Assembly (NCBI GenBank): GCA_045579085.1
Contig: JAZNLO010000010.1
Coordinates: 12,163 to 76,162, forward strand
Direction: 5' to 3'
Source of the DNA: Acutalibacteraceae bacterium
Lineage (GTDB): Bacteria; Bacillota; Clostridia; Oscillospirales; Acutalibacteraceae
Length of the DNA stretch: 64,000 nucleotides
Shown: positions 56,345 to 64,000 of the stretch, in pieces
How the letters are laid out: each line of letters opens with the position of its first letter
Position numbering within the stretch: position 1 is the first letter of the stretch
Translations under genes and position numbers: made by a program
The notes under the pieces: generated by a model
Databases searched by the model: none
Told to the model about the DNA's origin: nothing
What the model saw: only the letters and a program-made list of their open reading frames with translations

Positions 56345-57046
56345 ATGCCTTACTTTTTTTACAGCGGATATTTAAACTATTATTTGTTTATGCTGCCCGG
56401 CTTGCTGATTGCGCTTTGGGCAAGCATGAAGGTAAAATCCACATTCAGAAAATATTCCGATTTTCAAAACAGCAGAGGACTTACAGGTGCTCAGGCGGCA
56501 CAGGCTGTACTGAATTATTACGGAATAACTAACGTGAGAATAGAGTCAGTCGGGGGAGACCTTACCGACCATTACGACCCAAGAACAAACGTCATACGCC
56601 TGTCTGAATCGGTGTATTCAAGTCGCTCGGTTGCGGCAGTCGGAGTTGCCGCACACGAGGCAGGTCACGCAGCGCAGTACGCAGAAAAATATGTGCCCAT
56701 AAAAATCAGAATGGCACTTGTCCACGTCTGCAATATAGGCTCAACTCTCGCTCTGCCGCTTATGCTCATAGGCACAATCCTTGCTATTGCTCAGCTTGCT
56801 ATGCTGGGACTGGCGTTGTTTTCGCTTTCGGTGGTGTTCCAGCTTATAACACTGCCTGTTGAGTTTAATGCAAGCCGTAGAGCGCTTAGCGTAATAAGAG
56901 AGCGAGACTTGTTGTACGGCGAGGAATACAAAGCGGCAAAGCAGACGCTCACAGCCGCTGCAATGACTTATGTGGCAGCTTTGTTGCAGTCGTTGCTTTT
57001 AATGCTTTATTACTTTTTGCGTATTACAGGTTCAAGAAGGCGATAA
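56345..57046 (+). CDS. membrane zinc metallopeptidase (YugP-like, Zn_peptidase_2 type)
   Basis: The HEAGHA zinc motif is present. Terminal hydrophobic helices flank a soluble core. Confidence 0.75.
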   Translation: MPYFFYSGYLNYYLFMLPGLLIALWASMKVKSTFRKYSDFQNSRGLTGAQAAQAVLNYYGITNVRIESVGGDLTDHYDPRTNVIRLSESVYSSRSVAAVGVAAHEAGHAAQYAEKYVPIKIRMALVHVCNIGSTLALPLMLIGTILAIAQLAMLGLALFSLSVVFQLITLPVEFNASRRALSVIRERDLLYGEEYKAAKQTLTAAAMTYVAALLQSLLLMLYYFLRITGSRRR

Positions 57047-57048
57047 GA

Positions 57049-58323
57049 ATGGCAAATGCAAGAGCTGTGGCAATAAAGGCGCTTACAGCCGTAGAAAACG
57101 ATGGCGGATATTCGAATATTGTGCTTGATAAAACGCTGCGCTCGGCATCCTTGAGCGCGGCGGATTCTGCATTTGCGTCAGCCTTGTTTTACGGTGTGTT
57201 AGACAGAAAATACACGCTTGATTTTTATATCAGCAAACACTGCTCAAGACCGCTAAATAAGCTTTCTCCATTTGTCCTTGAGGCACTTCGTACGGCTGTC
57301 TATCAGCTTGAGTATATGGACAAGGTGCCTTCGTTTGCCGCCATAAATGAAACTGTCAACGCTGTCAAGCACTCAAAGGATAAGTATGCAGCAGGGATTG
57401 TAAATGCGGTGCTGCGCTCGTTTTTGCGAGAGGCTGAGCACGCTCTGCCTGACGGCGATTCGCCATCCGACTTAAGCTTGCGCTATTCCTGTGAGGACTG
57501 GCTTGCAAAGCGTCTTATAGCGGATTACGGCATAGATGATGCAAAGCGTGTTTTGGAGAGCTCACTCGAAACCCCGTCTACATATTTGAGGATAAACACA
57601 ACAAAAGCAACAACTCAAGAGGTAAAAGAAGCGCTTGAAAACGAGGGCGCTTTAACAGAAGAAACACAGCTTGAAAATTGCCTCAAACTTAAAAAAGGCT
57701 CTGCCGAGCAGACAAAAGCATACGCAAACGGACTGTTTCACGTTCAGGACTTATCGAGCCAGATGTGTTGCGAAGCCTTACAGGTTAAAGACGGAATGCG
57801 AGTGCTGGATATCTGTGCGGCACCGGGCGGAAAAACCTTTACATTGTCTGAGCTGATGAGTGGCACAGGCGAGGTTGTGTCGTGCGATATCCACGCACAT
57901 AGGGTAGAGCTGATAAAGAAAGGCGCAGAGCGGCTCGGTTTACATAACATCAGCGCCGTGCAAAATGACGCAACTGTTATAAACGCCACGCTCGGCACTT
58001 TTGACAGAATTTTATGTGACGTGCCCTGTTCAGGCACAGGGGTTATACGTCGCAAGCCTGATATCAAGTATAAACCTGAATTTGATATTAAACAGCTGAC
58101 GGCGTTGCAGCTTGAGATACTAAAAACGGCATCAACATATCTGAAATCGGGCGGCAGACTGGTATATTCCACTTGTACGCTGATAAAAGACGAAAACTTC
58201 TCAGTTGTGGAGAAATTTTTAGCGTCTAACCCCGATTTCAGCTTGGATAAAGAACCCGTCACCCTTATGCCATACTCAGAAACAGACGGATTTTTCTATT
58301 GCAGCTTAGTTAAGAGGAAGTGA
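57049..58323 (+). CDS. rsmB: 16S rRNA (cytosine967-C5)-methyltransferase
   Basis: The N-terminal NusB-like domain is followed by DICAAPGGKT, DVPCSGTG and YSTCT. Confidence 0.9.
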   Translation: MANARAVAIKALTAVENDGGYSNIVLDKTLRSASLSAADSAFASALFYGVLDRKYTLDFYISKHCSRPLNKLSPFVLEALRTAVYQLEYMDKVPSFAAINETVNAVKHSKDKYAAGIVNAVLRSFLREAEHALPDGDSPSDLSLRYSCEDWLAKRLIADYGIDDAKRVLESSLETPSTYLRINTTKATTQEVKEALENEGALTEETQLENCLKLKKGSAEQTKAYANGLFHVQDLSSQMCCEALQVKDGMRVLDICAAPGGKTFTLSELMSGTGEVVSCDIHAHRVELIKKGAERLGLHNISAVQNDATVINATLGTFDRILCDVPCSGTGVIRRKPDIKYKPEFDIKQLTALQLEILKTASTYLKSGGRLVYSTCTLIKDENFSVVEKFLASNPDFSLDKEPVTLMPYSETDGFFYCSLVKRK

Positions 58324-59354
58324 CTTGTGTGCAAAAACTGGATTTAAGGTCGATGAAGCTTGACGAAATCGAGGAGCTTATTAAGGAACTCGGTTTACCT
58401 AAATTCAGAGCGAAGCAGCTTTATAAATGGCTCCAGAGGGGTGCGCAGAGCTTTGATGAAATGACAGATTTATCAAAGTCCTTGCGTCAGCAAATAGCAG
58501 AACGTGGATATATAGCAAACGCTTTGATAGAAGCAAAGTTCTGCTCAAAGCTCGACGAAACCGTAAAGTACCTGTTCAAACTTAACGACGGGCTTTTTAT
58601 CGAGAGCGTGCTGATGAAGTACAATCACGGTTATAGCATCTGCATATCCACACAGGTGGGATGCAGAATGGGCTGCAGCTTTTGCGCTTCAACGTTAGAC
58701 GGACTTCAGCGCAGTCTAACTGCATCTGAGATGCTTGCGCAGATAATGTCAGCCGAGCGTGATATGAATATTAGGATATCAAACGTTGTGCTGATGGGAA
58801 TGGGCGAGCCGTTTGATAATTATGATAACGTGCTAAGATTTTTGCAGTTAGTAGGCGAGGAAGACGGCTTAAACATAGGAATGAGGCATATTTCGCTGTC
58901 CACTTGCGGACGTGTAGACGGAATATATAAGCTGATGGAGCATAAGCTTCAACTGACGTTGTCAATTTCGCTTCACGCACCAAACGACGAAATCCGCACC
59001 CGTATAATGCCGATAAATAAGAAGTACGGCGTTGACGAGTTGTTAAAAGCGTGTAAGGATTATATCGACGCAACAGGCAGACGTATCAGCTTTGAATACG
59101 CAATGATAAAAGACGTAAACGATACTGATAAATGTGCAGACGAGCTTATATCAAAGCTTAAAGGAATGCTCTGCCATATCAACCTGATTCCTGCAAATGA
59201 GGTAAGGGAAAACGATTATAAGAGAGCAGATAATGATAGAGTGCAGAAATTCAAACAGCGTCTTGAAAAAGGCGGAATGAACGTCACTGTAAGACGAACT
59301 TTGGGAGCAGACATCTCTGCCTCATGCGGCCAGTTAAGGCAACGTTATAAATAA
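58320..59354 (+). CDS. rlmN: 23S rRNA/tRNA (adenine-C2)-methyltransferase, radical SAM
   Basis: Contains PKFRAKQLYKWL, the radical-SAM motif CRMGCSFC, and a C-terminal CGQL. The start is ambiguous: GTG 58320, GTG 58329 or ATG 58353. Confidence 0.9.
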   Translation: MTCVQKLDLRSMKLDEIEELIKELGLPKFRAKQLYKWLQRGAQSFDEMTDLSKSLRQQIAERGYIANALIEAKFCSKLDETVKYLFKLNDGLFIESVLMKYNHGYSICISTQVGCRMGCSFCASTLDGLQRSLTASEMLAQIMSAERDMNIRISNVVLMGMGEPFDNYDNVLRFLQLVGEEDGLNIGMRHISLSTCGRVDGIYKLMEHKLQLTLSISLHAPNDEIRTRIMPINKKYGVDELLKACKDYIDATGRRISFEYAMIKDVNDTDKCADELISKLKGMLCHINLIPANEVRENDYKRADNDRVQKFKQRLEKGGMNVTVRRTLGADISASCGQLRQRYK

Positions 59355-59454
59355 TAACAACTTTGTTACTTTAAATTTCGATACTATTGTGATAATATAT
59401 TGTGGGGTAGGATAAAACCCTGTAATGATATGTTGGAAAAGAGAGGTGAGCCTA

Positions 59455-60183
59455 ATGAGAATAGTAAGCAAAACGGATGCAGGTCAGATGCGCCGAAGCA
59501 ATCAGGATGCCTATGCAACGGGAGAATTTTCGAACGGAGTAGTGTGGGCAGTAGTTTGTGACGGAATGGGCGGCGCAAACGGAGGCAACGTTGCAAGCGC
59601 AACAGCGGTAAAGATAATCAGCGAGCATATCTCGTCATCATATCGTGAGGGAATGGGCTCAAACTCTGTTAGAACAATGCTTGAATCTGCTATCACTGCG
59701 GCAAACCTTGAGGTATACGATATGTCGCAGCAGTCGGACGACTATGCAGGTATGGGCACAACGGTTGTAGCGGCAGTTATAATCAACTCCGTTGCGCATA
59801 TTTCTCACGTAGGTGATTCCAGAGCGTATGTGTTTTCAGTTGAGCGTATTGAGCAGATTACGAAAGACCATTCATATGTTCAGCGCCTGATAGAAGACGG
59901 AAAACTCACAGAGCAGGAAGCAAAAACATATCCCCATCGCAATATTATTACGAGGGCGCTCGGCGTAGAGGAGCGGCTGCTCGTAGATTACGATGAGGTT
60001 GAGCTTGGCGAGGGTGATGCCATACTTATCTGCACAGACGGCTTAAGTTCCACAGTAGAAGCGGACGATATGCTTGAGGTCTTCCGTAATTACGGATTTT
60101 ACGAGTATCCGGACAGCCTTGTAAAGCTGGCAAACAGCAAGGGCGGTCCTGATAATATAACTGTTGTAATTTTATCATTGTAG
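59455..60183 (+). CDS. prpC: PP2C-family Ser/Thr phosphatase
   Basis: ATG follows GAGAGGTGAG. Contains TDAGQMRRSNQDA, VCDGMGG and CTDGL. Confidence 0.9.
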   Translation: MRIVSKTDAGQMRRSNQDAYATGEFSNGVVWAVVCDGMGGANGGNVASATAVKIISEHISSSYREGMGSNSVRTMLESAITAANLEVYDMSQQSDDYAGMGTTVVAAVIINSVAHISHVGDSRAYVFSVERIEQITKDHSYVQRLIEDGKLTEQEAKTYPHRNIITRALGVEERLLVDYDEVELGEGDAILICTDGLSSTVEADDMLEVFRNYGFYEYPDSLVKLANSKGGPDNITVVILSL

Positions 60184-60200
60184 AAAGGAGAATTCAAAAG

Positions 60201-62240
60201 ATGGATAAATTTATCGGAAAGCGACTTGACACCCGTTATGAGATACGTGAAATCATCGGCGTAGGCGGAATGGCGGTTGTTTACAAAGCGTATGACTGCA
60301 TTGAAGACAGAATTGTTGCGATAAAAATATTAAAAGAAGAATTTGTCCGTAACAGTGAATTCTTAAATCGATTTAAAAATGAGTCAAAGGCAATAGCGGT
60401 GTTATCACATCCGAATATAGTTAAGGTTATGGACGTAAGCTTTGGCGATAATTTCCAGTATATAGTAATGGAATATATCGACGGGATAACCCTCAAGGAG
60501 TATATTCAGAGAACGGGTGCGCTGCCTTGGAAAAACGCGCTGTACTTCATAGTTCAAACATTGCACGCCTTGCAGCATGCGCATGATAAGGGTATTGTTC
60601 ATAGGGACGTAAAGCCGCAGAACATAATGCTCTTACGTGACGGAACTATCAAGGTTACAGATTTTGGCATAGCCAGATTTGCTCGCAGCGAGCAGAGAAC
60701 ACTCACCGATAAGGCAATAGGCTCAGTGCACTATATCAGTCCTGAGCAGGCAAGAGGCGACCTTATCGACGAAAAAGCAGACCTTTATTCAGTTGGCGTA
60801 ATGCTGTACGAGATGCTTACAGGTCAGCTCCCCTTTGATGGCGACAGTGCTGTCAGCGTAGCGCTCAAGCATATGCAAAACGACCCCACTCCGCCCCGTG
60901 AGCTCAACCCATCAATTCCGGCAGGGCTTGAGCAAATTGTTATGAGGGCGATGCAGAAGAGCCCAAGCAGACGTTATCATTCAGATGCAGAGATGCTCAG
61001 GGACCTTGAGGAGATTAAGCGTGACCCGTCTGCAAAGTTTTTCTATGATTCAAACTATGGCTTAGATAACAGCCCCACCAGATATATCGGCGCCATCGGA
61101 AACGAAAAGAGAATGAGCAGAGACGTGGCGGCAGAGAAGATAGACGGCTTGTATAATACCGATAAGGCTAACGACAAGCCTAAGTATGAGGTAATAAATA
61201 AGCAGGAAAAGGAAGAAGAAAAGTCCTCGCTTATACCGATTTTGGCAGCGATAGCATCAGTTCTGGTTGTTACAGTTGTTGCTTTCGGCGCTTGGTTCTT
61301 AATCCAGTATTTTGACACAGGCACAACAGGCTCTGTAAGATGCCCGAACCTTGAAAGACTTGATTATAAAGAGGCGCAGGAGAAGAACTCGTCGATTAAA
61401 ATTGTTGTTGAAGAATGGCAGTATTCGGAGGAGTTTTCATACGGCCAGATTATCAGTCAGTCACCGGCAGCTGATAAGCATCTTAAAACAGGCTCAACCG
61501 TAAAGGTTATTGTAAGTAAGGGCAAGGAAGCTGTCTATATGCCTGACCTTCAGGGTTATACGCTTGAGGCGGCACAGGCTGCATTGGCGCAATACAACTT
61601 GCAAAAAGAGATAAAAGTAGAGCACGAGTACCACAACTCGATTGCCTCTGGCGAGGTTATAAGAACAGACCCCGCAGGAAACGGCGAGATAGACGAAGCC
61701 ACACAGGTTACAATCTATCTTAGCAAGGGACCTGAGCCAAATATGGTTGAGATGCCGAGCGTTGTAGGTAAATCACAAAATGCCGCAACTAAGAATATTG
61801 AGAGAGCGGGCTTGAGAGTTAAGGTTACCGAGAGTGACAGCACGGTAGCTAAAGGAATTGTATTGTCCGCCAGATGCAACGGCGATATCGTCAACGAGGG
61901 CGATAAGGTTGTATACGGCTCAACGATTGAGATAACCGTAAGCACAGGAAAAGCGCCCAGTGCAGTAAAAACCTATAATGTTATAATTAACGTACCGCGT
62001 CCCGCTGAGTATTATACCGACACCTATACAGTCAAGGCTGTGTGCGGCTCTCAGAGCAAATCGAAGAAAGAGCTTAAGGATAACTACGAGTTTAACTTCG
62101 ATGTTACCAACACAATGGGTACGATAAAGGTTTATATCGATGATAACATTTATCAGACTTGGGAATACAACGTCAGCGACGGCAAAGTCACTGTTAAATG
62201 CGTTGATACGAAAGACCTTTCGTCGATAACTGAGCAATGA
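60201..62240 (+). CDS. prkC: Hanks-type Ser/Thr kinase with TM and three PASTA repeats
   Basis: Kinase motifs GVGGMAVVYKA, HRDVKPQN, DFG and SPEQ are present. A TM lies near aa 345, followed by PASTA-like repeats (VPNL.., MPDLQG.., MPSVVG..) and an extra C-terminal domain. Confidence 0.92.
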   Translation: MDKFIGKRLDTRYEIREIIGVGGMAVVYKAYDCIEDRIVAIKILKEEFVRNSEFLNRFKNESKAIAVLSHPNIVKVMDVSFGDNFQYIVMEYIDGITLKEYIQRTGALPWKNALYFIVQTLHALQHAHDKGIVHRDVKPQNIMLLRDGTIKVTDFGIARFARSEQRTLTDKAIGSVHYISPEQARGDLIDEKADLYSVGVMLYEMLTGQLPFDGDSAVSVALKHMQNDPTPPRELNPSIPAGLEQIVMRAMQKSPSRRYHSDAEMLRDLEEIKRDPSAKFFYDSNYGLDNSPTRYIGAIGNEKRMSRDVAAEKIDGLYNTDKANDKPKYEVINKQEKEEEKSSLIPILAAIASVLVVTVVAFGAWFLIQYFDTGTTGSVRCPNLERLDYKEAQEKNSSIKIVVEEWQYSEEFSYGQIISQSPAADKHLKTGSTVKVIVSKGKEAVYMPDLQGYTLEAAQAALAQYNLQKEIKVEHEYHNSIASGEVIRTDPAGNGEIDEATQVTIYLSKGPEPNMVEMPSVVGKSQNAATKNIERAGLRVKVTESDSTVAKGIVLSARCNGDIVNEGDKVVYGSTIEITVSTGKAPSAVKTYNVIINVPRPAEYYTDTYTVKAVCGSQSKSKKELKDNYEFNFDVTNTMGTIKVYIDDNIYQTWEYNVSDGKVTVKCVDTKDLSSITEQ

Positions 62241-63121
62241 GTATGACATTGGAAGGATTAATCGTAAAGTCACTGTCAGGATTTTATTACGTCAGGACAG
62301 AGGATAAAATAATAGAATGCAGAGCAAGAGGAGTCATGCGTAAAAACGGCGTGACTCCGCTTGTTGGTGATAGGGTAAAAATCTCGGTATCAGACGGGTT
62401 GTCCAGCGTGGACGAGATAGTTGGAAGACGAAACTTCTTGGTCAGACCGCCGGTGGCGAACGTTGACAGACTGTATATCATATCATCGTATGAAAACCCG
62501 TCGCCCAACACCTTGCTGATAGATAAGCAAATCTGCACCTGTGAAAAACAGGGGATAGAGCCGATAATCGTGCTTAATAAGTGCGATGAGGGCAACTTTG
62601 ACGAGATACGTGATATATATGTAAAAGCGGGTTTTGAGGTTTACATAATATCGTGTAAAACAGGTGAGGGAATATCTGCCATTAAACAAAGCCTGAAACG
62701 TGGAATAAGCGTGTTTACGGGCAACTCTGGGGTAGGTAAGTCGAGTTTGCTCAATACGTTGCTGCCTGAGCTTAACCTGAAAACAGGCGAGATAAGCGAT
62801 AAGCTTGGACGAGGCCGCCACACCACACGACACGTTGAACTGTTCGACATCGGTGAAGGCTGTCTGATTGCAGATACACCGGGCTTTTCAACGGTTGAGT
62901 GCGAGCCCATGCTTAAGGAGAGTATAGCGCCTCTGTTCAGAGAGTTTGACGATTTTCTCGGCGGCTGTAAGTTCACGTCTTGCTCGCATACTTGCGAAAA
63001 GGGCTGTCTGGTGATAGACGCTGTAAACAGTGGCAAGATAGCACGTTCGCGCCACGAGAGCTATTGCGAGCTATATAAAGAGGCGTCTATGCTTAATGAT
63101 TGGGAGGTCAGAACACGTTGA
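62237..63121 (+). CDS. rsgA: ribosome small-subunit-dependent GTPase A
   Basis: The circularly permuted GTPase has NKCD preceding GNSGVGKSS. The zinc finger is C..C.H..E..C. There is an ATGA overlap with prkC. Confidence 0.92.
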   Translation: MSMTLEGLIVKSLSGFYYVRTEDKIIECRARGVMRKNGVTPLVGDRVKISVSDGLSSVDEIVGRRNFLVRPPVANVDRLYIISSYENPSPNTLLIDKQICTCEKQGIEPIIVLNKCDEGNFDEIRDIYVKAGFEVYIISCKTGEGISAIKQSLKRGISVFTGNSGVGKSSLLNTLLPELNLKTGEISDKLGRGRHTTRHVELFDIGEGCLIADTPGFSTVECEPMLKESIAPLFREFDDFLGGCKFTSCSHTCEKGCLVIDAVNSGKIARSRHESYCELYKEASMLNDWEVRTR

Positions 63122-63735
63122 AGTGCGCGATAATATCAGGCGGAACTGCCCCAGGCGTTGACTTTTTGCAAGAAGCGGTCAGGGACTGCGATTTTATTAT
63201 TTGCGCAGATTTGGGATTGGAGTACGCGCGAAACGCAGGTATAACGGCTGATATCGCAGTGGGTGACTTCGACTCAGGCGCAGTTCTTAATAACTGCAAA
63301 CGATTGGTGCGCTTGCCTGTTAAGAAGGACGATACCGATACAATGAGTGCCGCAAGGCTCGCAGTTGAAAATAAAGCAACACAAGCCGTTTTGCTCTGTT
63401 GCACAGGAACCCGCCTTGACCATACTTATGCCAATCTGTTTGTACTTGATTATCTTCGCAAAAACGGCGTTGATGCGCGTATATTGGATGAGCATAATAC
63501 GGTGTTTTTGATTGCAAGCGGCAAGGTTGAGATTGAAAAAGAACGCAAATTTTTATCCTTGTTGCCGTTTTGCAGTCAGGTGAAAGGAGTTAGTGTAAGC
63601 GGAGTGAAATATCCGCTTGATAACGCTGATTTAAGCTCCGATTTCCCGATAGGCGTCAGCAACGAGATAACGCAGTCGCATGCTCAGTTGAGCGTTAAGA
63701 GCGGAACGCTCGCAGTAATACTGTCCGACGATTAA
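63118..63735 (+). CDS. thiN: thiamine diphosphokinase
   Basis: Contains ICADLG, GDFDS and KDDTD. The preferred start is TTG at 63118, 10 nt after GGGAGG. The ORF-track start at 63100 lies on the RBS. Confidence 0.8.
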   Translation: MKCAIISGGTAPGVDFLQEAVRDCDFIICADLGLEYARNAGITADIAVGDFDSGAVLNNCKRLVRLPVKKDDTDTMSAARLAVENKATQAVLLCCTGTRLDHTYANLFVLDYLRKNGVDARILDEHNTVFLIASGKVEIEKERKFLSLLPFCSQVKGVSVSGVKYPLDNADLSSDFPIGVSNEITQSHAQLSVKSGTLAVILSDD

Positions 63736-63792
63736 CAAAACAACCCCCATCAGCGTATACTGTAACAACTGATACGACGGTGGGTGAGCAAA

Positions 63793-63942
63793 ATGAAACG
63801 GCATAAATGTATCTCGCCGTGTGCGGTGCTTACCGCATTCGGATTGGGACTCATAATATCATATATATTTCCGCCCTGTGTGCTGGTGATAGTGCTGGTG
63901 TTCTGCCTGTTCACTCTCTGCTGTATCAGAATCCGACGCTGA
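63793..63942 (+). CDS. untracked 49-aa Cys-rich hydrophobic peptide (hypothetical)
   Basis: ATG follows GGTGGGTGAG. The sequence is MKRHKCISPCAVLTAFGLGLIISYIFPPCVLVIVLVFCLFTLCCIRIRR, giving two TM-like helices and 7 Cys. It is below the 60-aa track threshold. Confidence 0.4.
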   Translation: MKRHKCISPCAVLTAFGLGLIISYIFPPCVLVIVLVFCLFTLCCIRIRR

Positions 63943-63958
63943 ACGGTGTGTGATAATT

Positions 63959-64000
63959 GTGAAAGTTGTTGTAGTAAAGAGCCCTCGCTTTTTAAGAGGC
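63959..64000 (+). CDS. spoVM: probable spoVM-like sporulation peptide, 5' fragment (runs off window)
   Basis: (V/M)KVVVVKSPRFLRG resembles B. subtilis SpoVM MKFYTIKLPKFLGG. The position after thiN matches B. subtilis neighbourhood memory. The start is GTG, at 63959 or 63950. Confidence 0.4.
   Translation, partial: MKVVVVKSPRFLRG

Noticed and set aside
55473-58262. Long antisense ORFs within fmt (55473-55997 -) and rsmB (57744-58262 -)
   Set aside because: They lie opposite strongly supported housekeeping genes. Their Ser/Pro/Thr-rich translations are typical of reading moderate-GC coding sequence in reverse.

Overview
This 64-kb window is a chromosomal segment of a moderate-GC Firmicute. 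It is most likely a spore-forming member of the Clostridia, an inference from a spoVM-like gene start, ytvI, a PASTA Ser/Thr kinase, and a gene order matching B. subtilis yloC-remA-gmk-rpoZ-priA-def-fmt-rsmB-rlmN-prpC-prkC-rsgA-thiN. I support about 65 protein-coding genes, mostly housekeeping. They include pgcA, xpt, murI, azlCD, fba, thyX-tmk, mltG, hom and aspartate kinase, a pyrR plus pyrC-carB-pyrKDFEB pyrimidine operon, ychF, and the translation/cell-cycle cluster. I found no rRNA, tRNA, CRISPR array, transposase or integrase. Six regions look non-routine. (1) The operon at 1-8978 encodes a sugar-type ABC importer with two complete permease pairs. Three exported or membrane proteins (NHL/TPR, Yip1-like, and a 783-aa secreted protein) sit between the pairs, and no ATPase gene is visible. 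(2) A 1.2-kb AT-rich three-gene cassette (13587-14798) is bracketed by a perfect 29-bp direct repeat that is also a terminator hairpin. (3) A metallochaperone neighbourhood (14839-18360) includes a COG0523 GTPase carrying a 48-nt tandem repeat that encodes His/Cys-rich units. It also includes a second G3E GTPase fused to a CC-motif C-terminal domain. (4) The pyr operon has an internal promoter and a PyrR-type attenuator, has no carA, and encodes a PyrB with a fused PyrI-like zinc domain. (5) An ABC pair (46437-49167) combines an ATPase that has lost nearly all catalytic motifs except Walker A with a single-FtsX-domain permease bearing a roughly 220-aa coiled-coil ectodomain. (6) An untracked 49-aa Cys-rich membrane ORF lies next to the spoVM-like start at the window end. 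All functional calls come from reading motifs in the supplied translations; no database search was run.
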